64,000 nt of DNA. Source: Candidatus Latescibacterota bacterium (GTDB lineage: Bacteria; Latescibacterota; CBDEFO01). The stretch covers positions 832,001 to 896,000 of the forward strand of contig OZ252149.1 of the NCBI GenBank assembly GCA_965248755.1, read 5' to 3'. This document shows, piece after piece, positions 10,660-22,070 of this stretch. The translations under genes and the position numbers were made by a program. The stretch's first letter is position 1. Each line of letters opens with the position of its first letter. Below the pieces are notes generated by a model, which ran no database searches, was not told the origin of the DNA, and saw only the letters and a list, made by a program, of their open reading frames with translations.

Positions 10660-12042
10660 CTATCTTTCAAGCTCAAGCTTGCCTATGTTATCGTCTATCT
10701 GGACCGGGTAATCTCCTGTGAAACAAGCTGTGCAGTAGTGTTGGGGAGGATTGGGTACGGACTTTAGCATACCCTCTACAGATAGGTATTTCAGGCTCTC
10801 AACTCCTAAAAGTTCTCTTATCCCTTCGACGGACATCGAGGAGGCCGTCAGTTCCTTGTGGGTCTGGAAGTCTATGCCGTAGAAGCAGGGAGATTTGATA
10901 GGCGGGCAACTTACTCTTACGTGGATCTCCTTAGCTCCAGCCCTTCGCATCATTTTGGCCAAGTGTTTCATTGTGGTGCCCCTGACTATGGAGTCCTCCA
11001 CTACTACAATCCTTTTATTTTTAAGGACGCCGCCCACGGGGTTATATTTGATTCTGGTATTGAATTGCCTTATGCTTTGACTTGGGTTGATGAAGGTCCT
11101 TCCCACGTAGTGGTTTCTGATAAGGCCGATTTCGAATCTGATGCCTGACTGTTCTGAGTACCCCAATGCGGCTGTGTTGCTGGAATCGGGGACAGAGATG
11201 ACAATGTCAGCTTCTGCGGGATGTTCTTGCGCTAATTGTCTGCCGAGCCTCCTTCTGGCCTTGTCCACATAATCGCCGAAGATTCTGCTGTCGGGTCGGG
11301 AAAAGTAGATGTACTCGAAGATGCACAAGGCGAGTCTTTCGCTGTTTAGGGCCTGCACCGAATCGACTCCGTTCTGATCTATTACAATGAGTTCACCAGG
11401 TTCGATGTCTCTTATGTATTTGGCTCCTACCATGTCAAGGGCACACGATTCGGAGGCTACGACCCAGGCGTCGTCAAGTCTCCCGAGGCAGAGCGGTCGG
11501 AAACCATACGGGTCTCGGACGGCTATGATCTTATCTCTTGTCGCGAAAAGGAGACAATAGGCTCCTCTGACACAAGACAGGGCGTCTGTGATCCCTTCAA
11601 CTATGGTTTGCTTTTTTGATTTGGCTACAAGATGGACGATGATTTCGCTGTCCATCGTGGTCTGGAACAGAGCCCCTGCGTCCTCAAGCTCTCTTCTGAC
11701 GCTTACTGTGTTAGTAAGATTTCCGTTGTGGGCAACGGCTAATTGGACATCTTTGCACTTTACCAGCAGCGGTTGGGTGTTGATCGCCACAGAAGATCCG
11801 GTGGTGGAGTACCGGTTGTGGCCTATTGCTAAGGTCCCCTTCAATCTATCGAATATGGAGTGATCTTTGAACACATCCGATACTAATCCTAGGCCCTTGT
11901 GCACATACATCCTTTCACCGTCTCCCGAGACTATCCCTGATCCTTCATCACCCCGATGCTGAAGGGCGTAGAGACCCAAATACGTTAGCTCAGCCGCCCG
12001 TTTATGCCCATATATGGCGAAGATACCACATCCTTCTTTCAT
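10660..12042 (-). CDS. purF: Amidophosphoribosyltransferase
   Basis: N-terminal CG nucleophile, ALQHRG, HNGNL, VEDSIVRGTT PRPP-binding motif, Fe-S cysteines. Confidence 0.97.
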   Translation of the reverse strand: MKEGCGIFAIYGHKRAAELTYLGLYALQHRGDEGSGIVSGDGERMYVHKGLGLVSDVFKDHSIFDRLKGTLAIGHNRYSTTGSSVAINTQPLLVKCKDVQLAVAHNGNLTNTVSVRRELEDAGALFQTTMDSEIIVHLVAKSKKQTIVEGITDALSCVRGAYCLLFATRDKIIAVRDPYGFRPLCLGRLDDAWVVASESCALDMVGAKYIRDIEPGELIVIDQNGVDSVQALNSERLALCIFEYIYFSRPDSRIFGDYVDKARRRLGRQLAQEHPAEADIVISVPDSSNTAALGYSEQSGIRFEIGLIRNHYVGRTFINPSQSIRQFNTRIKYNPVGGVLKNKRIVVVEDSIVRGTTMKHLAKMMRRAGAKEIHVRVSCPPIKSPCFYGIDFQTHKELTASSMSVEGIRELLGVESLKYLSVEGMLKSVPNPPQHYCTACFTGDYPVQIDDNIGKLELER

Positions 12043-12100
12043 ACGTGCCTCTTGGAGACTCGCGCGCTGAAAGGAACCAACTTGAACAATTTCAGATTAT

Positions 12101-12129
12101 ATTATAGGAAATTTTTCCTCCAAGTGCAA
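12101..12129 (-). promoter_or_regulatory. Sigma70-like promoter for purF
   Basis: TTGCAC-17 bp-TATAAT on the minus strand. Confidence 0.65.
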
Positions 12130-12264
12130 GAGTAAAATAGGTTAGGAAGTTCTGTATGCTGCAGAATCTTAGAAAATAGCTTGTCTCATAAATTCATTTT
12201 ATATAGCTAAATCCGGACAAGTGCAGCCAGAAGAGCCAAATTGAAAAATTAAGGTTGTGCTCGA

Positions 12265-12715
12265 CCAATTCTTTGGATTGAAAGAGGCGGGAACGGATCT
12301 CAAGACAGAGGTAGTAGAAGGAGCTACGACTTTATGATCTGGCTTATATTATCTTCGTGCAGCCTGCCGTCTTATCGGGCTCCTGTATGGACTTTGGGGC
12401 TGTGATGATAGCTGCGTGTGTATCAGGGGCACTGACTACGCTCCTCATGGGGCTTCACGCAAATTATCGGATCGTACTGGCCCTCGGCGATGGGACAGAA
12501 CTTCTACTTTGCTTTTACAGTGTGCGGAGCTACAACAGCGGGGGGCTGGGCTATTCCTGGTAGGTGGGATTGGGGGCTGTGTTTCTGGCGGGGTTTATAT
12601 CTTATTCTCTACTGAAGACAGTCTCCCACAGGCGCAAGGAGGACATTGGATTGTTCATGGGATTGTTCATGTCTTTGCTGTGCTGTTCATCTTGAGACAT
12701 ATGTTTCTCAAATAG
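12265..12715 (+). pseudogene. NCS2/AzgA-family purine permease remnant (frameshifts plus large internal deletion)
   Basis: Frames give FGLKEAGTDLKTEVVEGATTF / YIIFVQPAVLS..MDFGAVMIAAC..LLMGLHANY, then jump to a C-terminal 'FAVLFILRHMFL'; divergent from purF. Confidence 0.75.
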
Positions 12716-12729
12716 TTTTTGCCGAAGTT

Positions 12730-12830
12730 TAGGGGCAGGGTAACCCTGCTCGTGTGGCAGGGCGCCGCAAGCGCTCCGTTACGGAGCATGAGGTGGAGAG
12801 AGTAGATCACGAAGTGCCCTGGCCCCTACA
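12730..12830. repeat. REP-like element (TAGGGGC...GCCCCTAC class)
   Basis: Inverted ends TAGGGGCAGGG / CCCTGGCCCCTACA with internal hairpin. Confidence 0.55.
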
Positions 12831-12845
12831 TCTTTGGGCTCTCTA

Positions 12846-15437
12846 CTATTTTCCCCAGACGTCCAGTATTCTGATCTTTGAGAGCGCCTCCCTCCAGAGG
12901 TCGAACTCTAATATCGCTGATACTATTACGATCACGGCTGCGATTACTAATATCGCTGCTTTGTGTCTTATATCGATTTTTCGAGATTGATCCATCAGTG
13001 AGGAATGTGAAACTTTTGTTAGCTTTACGTCCCTTTTGAGCGACAAAATTATGAGCGCTACAACGATAAAGAGAGCGGCTGTGGAGGTAATAGCTCCCGC
13101 TCTAAAGGCTTCCGATCGGTAGAAGAATTCTACGTTGTGGCGCCCCGGACTCAAATAGACCGCTCTGAATAGGTGATTGGCCGTGTATATCTTGTCTTTA
13201 CTTCCATCCACGCGGACGTTCCAGCCGGGATAGTTGGCATCGGCAAGGACCAGGAAACCGGGTTCTGTGAGATTAGCTTCTACGACGACCCTTTCGGGAG
13301 TATATTCTATGATCTCGGCAAAGGTGCTTTCCGTTTCTGCCTTCTGTCTGTTGATCGGATGATTGGGGACACCTTCTTCGATGATGACGGTTTGATCGGG
13401 TTTGAACGAGGGATCTTTGAGCTTTTTTAGTCTGTCCACTCTTTCGGGAATGACCTCAAAGTCGTAGGCGATAAATGCCCTTTCAAGGGCTCTTTTATTT
13501 TCGTATATCTTGACCTTTCCCTCGAAAACCAGTTCCAGGTCTCTCCTCCTCATTGCATCGTATGTGATGACATATTTGACGTTGGAAAGGTCTATAATGC
13601 GTTTATTTAGGGTTTGTCTGCCTGCTAAGTCCCAGTGGTGCTGAAGGTGGAGCGGGCTCCAGCCGGGGGAGAAGTTATGTAGGCCATAGAGCGTTCCGCT
13701 GTACATCCTCAGGGTTTCGTAGTAGTCGGTGTATGAACTTTTCTCGTTAGCCCAGCCCTGATGCCACTGGAAAGGGGAGTTGCTTTCGGATATGTTGCTG
13801 AATATGCGGTAAAATGTCCTATCTTGCTCGAGAAATTCGGCTGTCTGGGGTCCATGTAAATAGACCTTGGGGTTGATCGTGGCGTTGAATCCAATCCCGA
13901 AGCTGAAGAGATCCGATACTATCATAACTGGAATAAGAACTTTTAATAGCAACTCCCCTTTTGCCTTGAAGATTTTGGGAAAGCACAAAAGGACGATTCC
14001 GGAAGCCGTGACGAGGGCGAATCTTATCAGATCCTTAACGAGAGTGGAATGGAGTTTTATAAGACTATACGCGTGAGAGGAGAACAGGCGTTCGATCTGT
14101 TCTGACGATAGGAATATGAAGTCGGAATTGGCGTAGAAAAGGCAGGCTGCTATAACCATAATCCAAATGCCGACGATCAGAATTAGGCTTGTTCTGACAA
14201 TCCTGCGTTCACCTGTCCGTTCCATTCGGATCGAATCTATGAAGCTCTGCAGCCCGAGGGCTGAAAGTACAGAGATGGAAAAGGAAAAGATCACAAGGAA
14301 CCTTGCGGGCGATCTAAAGAGAGAAAACCCGGGGACATAATCGTATAAAACTCTGTAAAGGACCGTATATTTTCCGAGCGAAAGGAGCAAAGAGAGCAGG
14401 AGTAGTGCAGCAAAAAAGAGCGTCTTTTTGTCGTTGCGGAGGACAAAAGCCGATGCTGAAAGCATCAGGGGGATTATGCCTATATATCCGCAAAGCTGCA
14501 AGAAAAAGCGCGAATCTATATCCAGATGCTGCGCCCAGTAGGAGTAGTTGGAGGTGTTACCGAAGAAGTTGGGGAGGATGAAGGTTATGAGATTGCGCGG
14601 CGGGAGGGATTGAGAGGCAACCCATTCGTAGTCTCCTCCCCCACTCCTTGTGGAGTGCTGGATTAGTTCGTAGGTGGGAAGGATCTGGACGGACGATATT
14701 ATTATTCCAATTGAAAGAGTTATAAAAGAGCACAATAAAACAGTAGATAGGAAAAGGACTTTCGAGTTTGGGCTGTAAAAGCTCGTAAAGCTTTTAAAGA
14801 TGAGATAGAGTCCGGCAACAAGGATGCAGTAAAGGACTGCCTGAGGATGTCCGGCAAGGAGTTGTATTCCAAGGATAAGTCCCGAAAGTACAATATATAT
14901 GAGTTTGTTCTTCTTGAAGGCAAGTTCTATTAGCATAAGGATTAGGGGAAGCCACGCCAATACGTCTATGAAGTTTAAGGACATAAGGTGGACGGTGAGA
15001 AACCCGCAGAAGGCGAACGTTATAGCTCCCGTCAGTGCACTGGATGGATCCAGGTCAAGCGTCTTCAGGTACAGGTAAGTGAAGAGACCTGTTAAGAATA
15101 TGTGGATGATGATATTGTAGTTTATGGCGGCCCAGGTCGGAAGGAGGAGGGATAGGATCAAATTGATGGGATAGAGGACTCCCGACTGCCCTTCGGCAAA
15201 AAGGGGAAAGCCGCAGGCTATGTTGGGACACCAAAGGGGGATGCTCCACTCTTTGAGTGCACCGGAAAAATAGTGCCTGAAGGGGTAATTCTGGAACATA
15301 ACGTCCTGTATGAAGAAGGCTCCTTTGAGGAAGGCGGCTCTGGGGAAGAAGGCTATCGTGAGGAGCAATAGAACAGCTATGGGAATAAGGTCCCTGATAG
15401 GGATAAGGTCTATCTTTTTCGAGCTATTGTCTAACAT
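12846..15437 (-). CDS. YfhO-family multi-pass membrane protein (putative GT-C glycosyltransferase)
   Basis: 'PLWCP..CGFP..AEGQ..LYP', many TM helices, C-terminal 'LVLADANYPGW.VRVDG..ANHLFRAV'. Confidence 0.85.
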   Translation of the reverse strand: MLDNSSKKIDLIPIRDLIPIAVLLLLTIAFFPRAAFLKGAFFIQDVMFQNYPFRHYFSGALKEWSIPLWCPNIACGFPLFAEGQSGVLYPINLILSLLLPTWAAINYNIIIHIFLTGLFTYLYLKTLDLDPSSALTGAITFAFCGFLTVHLMSLNFIDVLAWLPLILMLIELAFKKNKLIYIVLSGLILGIQLLAGHPQAVLYCILVAGLYLIFKSFTSFYSPNSKVLFLSTVLLCSFITLSIGIIISSVQILPTYELIQHSTRSGGGDYEWVASQSLPPRNLITFILPNFFGNTSNYSYWAQHLDIDSRFFLQLCGYIGIIPLMLSASAFVLRNDKKTLFFAALLLLSLLLSLGKYTVLYRVLYDYVPGFSLFRSPARFLVIFSFSISVLSALGLQSFIDSIRMERTGERRIVRTSLILIVGIWIMVIAACLFYANSDFIFLSSEQIERLFSSHAYSLIKLHSTLVKDLIRFALVTASGIVLLCFPKIFKAKGELLLKVLIPVMIVSDLFSFGIGFNATINPKVYLHGPQTAEFLEQDRTFYRIFSNISESNSPFQWHQGWANEKSSYTDYYETLRMYSGTLYGLHNFSPGWSPLHLQHHWDLAGRQTLNKRIIDLSNVKYVITYDAMRRRDLELVFEGKVKIYENKRALERAFIAYDFEVIPERVDRLKKLKDPSFKPDQTVIIEEGVPNHPINRQKAETESTFAEIIEYTPERVVVEANLTEPGFLVLADANYPGWNVRVDGSKDKIYTANHLFRAVYLSPGRHNVEFFYRSEAFRAGAITSTAALFIVVALIILSLKRDVKLTKVSHSSLMDQSRKIDIRHKAAILVIAAVIVIVSAILEFDLWREALSKIRILDVWGK

Positions 15438-15489
15438 TTATTCGCTTGTCGAATGAGCCCTTTCGTTGTCTTTAAAGTACTCATACATC

Positions 15490-16263
15490 TCACACCTCTC
15501 GATAGCCGAGCCTTAAATAGAGCCGATGGGCATCGAGTTCAGGGGAGACAAAGATCGACAGATGTTCTATATTCTGGCTTGCAACATGACTTTGCACAGT
15601 AAGTATTAGACTCGTTGCGACCCCTTTCCTTCTCGCTTGGGGGATCGTTTCGACCTGGCAATTCCGAGAGACGTCATCCACCACAAAGAATCCGGTCGAT
15701 CCGACAGGCCTGTTGTCCAGATACGCGATGAATATTGAGGCATTCAGTTTTAGGTAGCATTCAATCCGGAGATCAGTTAAAGGTGGATGACCCCACGTGT
15801 CACACGCAGTTGCGATAGCTCGATAGTCGTCCCAATCACCATCGTTTGACAGCTGTCTAATCTGGATGCTGCTTGAGGCAGATAGTTGGGGCTTTTCTCG
15901 TAAGATCATACATAGCATCTCGCTGACATTGAAACCCCGCGCCGACAGGTGCGCTCCTGGGGATTCGGAGGCGTCTTTGCGATGCATTGTGACTTTCCTG
16001 AACAGACGAGGATGGGACCTATAGAGGTCTTCGAGAGCCTCGTCGAACTCTTCCAACGAACCGTTGTTCGGCATCATAGCGTCTGTGAGCAGGCAGGCGC
16101 CGTGAATGCCCAGATAGCGGTCATCAGCCACAAACGTCCCGAAGTCGGTATCGTACAGCTTCCCGGTGGATCTAAGTTCGGTGTATTCGGTGGCAGCCAG
16201 TTTATCTTCCAATGTAGCCATAGTTTTTTTCAAAAGTGCAAAAGTTTGGGTTCGCGCTGACAA
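15490..16263 (-). CDS. GNAT-family N-acetyltransferase
   Basis: 'VETIPQARRKGVATSL' acetyl-CoA motif, 'AHRLYLRLGY'. Confidence 0.8.
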   Translation of the reverse strand: MSARTQTFALLKKTMATLEDKLAATEYTELRSTGKLYDTDFGTFVADDRYLGIHGACLLTDAMMPNNGSLEEFDEALEDLYRSHPRLFRKVTMHRKDASESPGAHLSARGFNVSEMLCMILREKPQLSASSSIQIRQLSNDGDWDDYRAIATACDTWGHPPLTDLRIECYLKLNASIFIAYLDNRPVGSTGFFVVDDVSRNCQVETIPQARRKGVATSLILTVQSHVASQNIEHLSIFVSPELDAHRLYLRLGYREV

Positions 16264-16274
16264 GTTTCTAAGGA

Positions 16275-16358
16275 ATAATACATCAAAGTGAAACTTCGGT
16301 CAAGACATTTGTGAAGGTCTAAAAAGGGCTTGCTATATGAGGGGGAATATGTTAATAT
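16275..16358. promoter_or_regulatory. Divergent sigma70-like promoters
   Basis: Minus strand TTGACC-17-TATTAT (16303-16275); plus strand TTGCTA-17-TAATAT (16330-16358). Confidence 0.55.
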
Positions 16359-16417
16359 GCATGGGGAAAAGGGAAAGCTCGATAGTATCCGATAAACTTT
16401 TAGAAAGAGAGGATATA

Positions 16418-17704
16418 ATGTCCGAAAAAGTCTATAAGTCGCCTTTAGAGCCCTTTACAAGGCGGGTCCTTGACAACGGCTTGACCGTGATAGTCAAGGA
16501 AGTTCATACGACTCCAATTGTGGCTGTCTATTTCTGGACCCGGACGGGGTCGGTCAATGAGAGTCCCCGACTCAACGGCATCTCTCACTTTTTTGAGCAT
16601 ATGTTCTTCAAGGGGACAGTAGAAAGGGGTGTGGGAGAGATGGACAGGGCGATAAAGGAATTAGGAGGATATAACAACGCCTTTACAGGGTCGGAATATA
16701 CAGCGTATTATGTGGTGGTGCCGAGCCAGAATTTTGCCACAGCCTTTGACGTTTTGTACGACGCCACGGTAAATTCGGTCTTCGACCCGGAGGAAGTAGA
16801 CAGAGAAAGGAACGTAATCAAGGAGGAGATCAAGCGCAAAGAGGATAGCCCGGGAGGTAAGATCTCGGATATGTTCACAGAGGAGATATTCAGGGGGAGT
16901 CCTTACCAGATGCCGATCTTGGGGACCAATGAATCGTTGGACAACATTGGCAGAGAGGATTTCCTGGCGGATCTGGAGACCTTCTACTGCCCGAATAACA
17001 TGGTACTCGCCATAGTAGGGGACATAGATGAGGCTGAGATTGTAGGAGAGATTGAGAAATTGACAGCCAACTGGAAGGCGAATCCAGAGGTAGAGGCGGC
17101 ACTTGCGAGCTTCGAATTTGAACCTCAAGAAGAAATCAGGCGTCAGGTGGTGGAAAAGGACGTAAATCAGGGCTATCTACTGATAGGATTCCCCAACTTC
17201 GGAAGGAAGAGATTGGACGATATGTACACTTTGGACGTTGCATCCACCATATTGGGAGATGGGAAAAGTTCGAGGCTCCATCAGAGGTTAGTGGAGAAAG
17301 ATCAGTTGGCTTCCGTGGCAACCGGATGGTTGTGGCCCTTAACGATGGCAGGAACATTAGCTATAGAGGCGGAGTTCAGAGACGAGAACCTGAAGAAGGT
17401 GGAGGAAGTTGTGATAGAAGAGGTGGAAAGGATGAGGGATGAGTTGGTGGATGAGGACGAGCTGAACAAGGCCAAGACCATGATTAAAAACGATTTCGCG
17501 TATTCCAACGAGACGGATTCTAACATAGCGGGCACTCTGGGGCAGTACGAGACAATGTCAAGTGTAGAAGAGGCCCTGGAATACGTAGAGAGAATCGAGA
17601 AGATTACTGCCCAAGATGTAGAGCAAGCAGTAAACGAGTATTGTGATCCCAACGCGTATACGTTGTGTTACCTGAAGCCGAAGGGGGAGGAAAATGGGAG
17701 CTGA
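16418..17704 (+). CDS. M16B zinc peptidase, catalytic subunit
   Basis: Inverted zinc motif HFFEH, 'NAFT', 'ERNVIKEE'. Confidence 0.92.
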   Translation: MSEKVYKSPLEPFTRRVLDNGLTVIVKEVHTTPIVAVYFWTRTGSVNESPRLNGISHFFEHMFFKGTVERGVGEMDRAIKELGGYNNAFTGSEYTAYYVVVPSQNFATAFDVLYDATVNSVFDPEEVDRERNVIKEEIKRKEDSPGGKISDMFTEEIFRGSPYQMPILGTNESLDNIGREDFLADLETFYCPNNMVLAIVGDIDEAEIVGEIEKLTANWKANPEVEAALASFEFEPQEEIRRQVVEKDVNQGYLLIGFPNFGRKRLDDMYTLDVASTILGDGKSSRLHQRLVEKDQLASVATGWLWPLTMAGTLAIEAEFRDENLKKVEEVVIEEVERMRDELVDEDELNKAKTMIKNDFAYSNETDSNIAGTLGQYETMSSVEEALEYVERIEKITAQDVEQAVNEYCDPNAYTLCYLKPKGEENGS

Positions 17705-18932
17705 GCTTGTAACTTTGGATAGCGGTTTGAAGGTGCTGACGAAGGAGTCAAAAGCGAACGATATAATCGCGCTGTCAGTGTTAGTGGGCATGGGTAGTTC
17801 CTACGAAAATGACGAAGAGGCGGGTCTTTCGAATCTGACTCAGAGTGTGCTTTTGAAGGGGACGGAAAACAGGAGCGCCGAGGAATTGATGAACCAGATA
17901 GATTCGGCAGGGATCAAATTATCCTCCTCCGCTTCAAGGGATTCCGGGAGCGTGTATCTTTTGTGCACGACTCAGGGACTGGATGTGGGTCTGGATCTCC
18001 TGTTCGATGTCCTCCTGAATCCCACGTTCCCCTCAGATGAAGTGGAAAAAGAAAAAGAACAGACGCTTTTAGAGATAGCGGCAAAAGAGGATCAGCTAAT
18101 GTCGAAGGCTATGGAGCTTTTAGCGGAAGTCCACTACGGGGTCCACCCCTATCACAAGCCACTTTTGGGTTATCCTGAGACAGTTAAGAGATTTGAAAGG
18201 GCGGACATCGAACCATTCTTCCGCAAGCACTATGTGCCGGGGAATATGATATTTTCTGCGGTGGGAAATTTGGATGCCGAAGAATTAGTCGGAGAAGTAC
18301 AAAAGAGGTTCGACGTGAAAACTTCACCCGAAAAACCTGAAGGGATAGACACAAAAGTGCCTCGTCGAGTGGAACCCGCGGCCCTATTTAAGGAGAGGGA
18401 GAGTCAGGCGGCGTGGATCGGCATAGGATATAACGCTCCGAGGATAACGGACGACAACTACGCCGCTATGGAGGTATTAAACGGAGTGATGGGCGGTTCT
18501 ATGAATTCCAGGCTCTTTGTGGAGTTGAGGGACAAAAGGGGTCTGGCGTATCAGGTGGGGTCCATGTATGCGGCAAGGCCGGGTCCGAGCCTGTTCGTGT
18601 CGTATATGGGGACGAGTGTGGATCAGTTTGAGGAGGCGAAAGATGGGATTTTACAGGAGATAAAAAAGATCGCCTCTTTTCCTGTTACTGATGAGGAACT
18701 AAGGCTTTCCAAGACCTATCTTAAAGGGACATTTATCATGGGTCAGGAGGGGAACAGCAGTCAGGCCTCTCTTTTTGCGCACTACGAACATTTCGGGCTG
18801 GGATACGGCTTTGTGGATGAGTATCCGAAGTTGATAGATGACGTGTCCAGAGAGGATGTGTTGAGGGTAGGTGAGGAAAATTTTGATGATAACTATGCTT
18901 TAGGATGCGTGATGAGCGGCACACCAGAATAG
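17694..18932 (+). CDS. M16B peptidase, non-catalytic partner subunit
   Basis: M16 fold without HxxEH; 'SRLFVELRDKRGLAY' motif; overlaps the previous gene. Confidence 0.88.
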   Translation: MGAELVTLDSGLKVLTKESKANDIIALSVLVGMGSSYENDEEAGLSNLTQSVLLKGTENRSAEELMNQIDSAGIKLSSSASRDSGSVYLLCTTQGLDVGLDLLFDVLLNPTFPSDEVEKEKEQTLLEIAAKEDQLMSKAMELLAEVHYGVHPYHKPLLGYPETVKRFERADIEPFFRKHYVPGNMIFSAVGNLDAEELVGEVQKRFDVKTSPEKPEGIDTKVPRRVEPAALFKERESQAAWIGIGYNAPRITDDNYAAMEVLNGVMGGSMNSRLFVELRDKRGLAYQVGSMYAARPGPSLFVSYMGTSVDQFEEAKDGILQEIKKIASFPVTDEELRLSKTYLKGTFIMGQEGNSSQASLFAHYEHFGLGYGFVDEYPKLIDDVSREDVLRVGEENFDDNYALGCVMSGTPE

Positions 18933-19001
18933 TAGACAGTAGACAGGGAAAGGCCAAGGCAGTAGGAGCAGACCCGTGTGTCTGCCCTCAAGAGCATCCA
19001 G

Positions 19002-19643
19002 ATGAAAATAAGATTTATAATACTATCCGTTCTGGGGTTATTTATATGTGCGCTCTCCTCCTCGTGCGGCTCGTCGAAGCAGAAGCTCTCTTATGAAGAG
19101 GAACTGGCACGGCTTCACAATAGCGGCATATTTATCGAGACATGGGTGGACAGCACCTACCAACTGCCCTCTTACATCGGCATCCTTCCGAGCGATCCCA
19201 GGAACGCTGAAGACGTGACATTAGCCGATCGGATACCGGTCTATCTTGCAAATTATCTGGATTACGGATTCGAGTTGGCAGGACGGGCACAGATAGAGCG
19301 TACGAGAGATGTATTTGCTCCGCTTGTGGGCACTTTGGGTCCCAAAAATCTGAAGGTTCACGTTATAGTCGATCTTTGGGGATGGAACAATCTAAAGTCG
19401 TTGTCGAATCTGATGGGTCTTGATGCCGTTCTGATCTGTTCCTGGAGGGTTCAGGGAGGGATGATGTCGCGTCGGGAGAATGTGATAGATGTTTCACTGA
19501 TCCACCTGGAAAGCGGAAAGACTATCGGGTGGACTCGGTGCAGGTACTCGCATCCGGGACGGGATCTCTATGCAACAAGATGGGTAGCTACGTCTCTGGG
19601 ACATGAGCTTACCAGTAAGTTGTCCAGAAAAGGTGGAGATTGA
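19002..19643 (+). CDS. Hypothetical lipoprotein
   Basis: Signal peptide ending LSSSC; 213-aa ORF. Confidence 0.6.
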   Translation: MKIRFIILSVLGLFICALSSSCGSSKQKLSYEEELARLHNSGIFIETWVDSTYQLPSYIGILPSDPRNAEDVTLADRIPVYLANYLDYGFELAGRAQIERTRDVFAPLVGTLGPKNLKVHVIVDLWGWNNLKSLSNLMGLDAVLICSWRVQGGMMSRRENVIDVSLIHLESGKTIGWTRCRYSHPGRDLYATRWVATSLGHELTSKLSRKGGD

Positions 19644-19683
19644 GAAATCGGAGAATTTTGAATTTATCACTCTTAAAAGATAG

Positions 19684-20075
19684 AGGCTTAAAATAAACGG
19701 TATAATTTCCTATACTGCTCTGATACTTTTAGCTACTTTGAATGTGCGTGCCTATGCACAGGTTAACCCCCCTGTCGCAACTTCTATCATTCCCATTTCT
19801 GACACAGACTTGGGCGGTACATCTGTAACAATATCAGGGGGCAATTTCCAAAGTGGATTAACCGTTACTTTTGGAGATAGCACAGCTACAGATATAGTCG
19901 TAGTATCTTCTGATAACATCACTGCTACATCACCTGCTTATCCTGCTGGCACGGTGGATGTGATAGTTACAAATCCCAATGGTCTTTCAGACATACTATC
20001 CAGTGGATTTACATTTGTTTCTCATCCTGATGTGACATTTATTAATCCTTCTTCTGGTACAGAATTAGGCGGGAC
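19684..20075 (+). pseudogene. IPT/TIG-repeat surface protein, fragment 1 (signal peptide plus first domain)
   Basis: RLKINGIISYTALILLATLNVRAYAQ signal-like sequence then an IPT domain; no ATG (TAG at 19681); cut by IS3 at 20076. Confidence 0.85.
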
Positions 20076-21341
20076 CATACCGCTCCCCTTGACAGAGCGA
20101 CAAATATTTCGCAAATTGGGGTTTGAGAAGGGAGGTCAAGGTGTCGAGCCCCGAAGTGAAAGATGGTAAGCGCTGGACGGCGACCCGTAAGGGAGAGATT
20201 GTGTTGGCTCTTTTGAGAGGAGCAGATCTATCTGAGGTGTGTCGTAAGAATGGAATTAGCCAGTCGCAGGCGTATGCTTGGCGTGATAGTTTCTTAGAAG
20301 GGGGCCAGGAGAGTCTGAAGTCTCGGCGTGGTCGCAAGGATCCGAAGGAGCGAGAGGTTAGCCGGTTGGAGCGCAAGGTAGGGCAGTTGACGCTCCAGTT
20401 GGAGATACTCGAAGAGGTAGCCCGTCTAAAAAAAACGAAGCGGTTGCCTTGAGTGGGCGGTTTTTGGGTCGAGGCTATTCCCGCAAGGTGGTAGCTTTGG
20501 CTTTGGGTTTGCATCGTTCGACTCTGTATAGGTTTAGGGATAGAGGTGTCAGTTCTTCTGTTAAAGAGCCTGTGATAGATGAGGAGCTTGCTTTTCGTAT
20601 TCGAGGGATACTGGACCAAGAAGAGGCATTTGGTCACAGGCGGGTTTGGGCGCATCTTCGTTTCAAGGAAGGGGAATGTGTCAACGTTAAGAAGGTTCAT
20701 AGGATAATGAAGCTTAAGGGGTGGCAGTGTAAGCTGTGGAATCGTCCCGGGAGAAAGGGGCCACAGGTTGCCCAGAAGCGTTCTGTGGTGGATAGTCCCG
20801 ACAGTTTGTGGTCGAGTGACTTGACAAAGATTTACTGTGGAAAAGATGGTTGGTGTCCTCTTATTGCGGTGGTGGACAACGGAAGCCGGGAGGTTCCTGG
20901 GTATCGTTTTAGTCGAAAAGGGAGGGCACTGGAGGCCACAGATGCCCTGGATCGGGCCGTGATCTCTCGATACACTTCCAAGGAGGCTGTCCCCCAGGGT
21001 CTCACTTTGCGCTCTGACAATGGTTCCATCTTTTTGGCTCGGGCCTATTTGGCCAGTACCGAATATTGGGGAATTCGTCAGGAATACATACCAAGTGGTA
21101 AACCCGATTGGAACGGTGTTGTAGAGCGTTTTTTCAGGACCCTCAAGCAAGAGTGTGTTTGGCTTCACAAGTTTGAATCCTTTGAACAGGCTGAGAAGAT
21201 CATATCTCAGTGGATCGATAATTACAACAAGAACAGGCTTCATTCATCCCTGGGATATAAGACCCCAAAAGAGTGGAGAAAACAATTTTATCTACTACCC
21301 CAGGTTGCTTAATTGGTGTCGCTTTCCTGGGAAGCAGTACA
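20076..21341 (+). mobile_element. IS3-family element variant A, copy 1 (1266 bp; orfA 20123..20452, orfB 20449..21312)
   Basis: HTH orfA, rve-type DDE orfB (WSSDLT, LRSDNGS, VERFFRTLK), A8C slippery run at the overlap; ends CATACCGCTCCCC / GGGAAGCAGTACA. Confidence 0.95.
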
Positions 21342-22070
21342 CATCAGGATGAGAAATAAATGTAAATCCACTAGATAGTATGTCTGAAAGACCATTGGGA
21401 TTTGTAACTATCACATCCACAGTGCCAGCAGGATAAGCAGGTGATGTAGCAGTGATGTTATCAGAAGATACTACGACTATATCTGTAGCTGTGCTATCTC
21501 CAAAAGTAACGGTTAATCCACTTTGGAAATTGCTCCCTGCTATCGTCACAGATGTACCTCCCAATTGTGTGCCTGAATCAGGATCAATAGATGTCACAGC
21601 AGGGGGAATCCCAATAAACTCAAAGCTATTAGCTAGTGTATCTGAAAGACCATTGGGATTTGTAACTATCACATCCACAGTGCCAGCAGGATGAGCAGGA
21701 GTCGCAGCGGTGATGATGGAGGAGGGTACTACGAATATATCTGTGGCTGAGGTATCCCCGAAAGTAACGGTTAATCCACTTTGGAAATTGTCCCCTACTA
21801 TCGTCACAGATGTACCGCCTAATTCTGTACCAGAAGAAGGATTAATAAATGTCACATCAGGATGAGAAAGAAAAGTAAATCCACTGGATAGTGTGCCTGA
21901 AAGACCATTGGGATTTGTGACTATCACGTCCATAGTTCCGATAGCATGAGCAGGAGTTGTGGCCGTAATTATGCTATCTGATAATACGAATACATCTGTG
22001 GCTGCACTATCTCCAAAAGTAACAGTTAATCCACTTTGGAAACTACTCCCTACTATCGTCACAGATGTAC
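21342..22070 (-). pseudogene. IPT/TIG-repeat protein, inverted fragment 3 (~3 domains)
   Basis: GGTSVTIxGxNFQSGLTVTFG...[12 protein letters not shown] repeats on the minus strand. Confidence 0.88.

Noticed and set aside
20065..21243. Long antisense ORFs in IS3 copies and opposite the IPT and housekeeping genes
   Set aside because: Shadow frames of real genes with no recognisable domains
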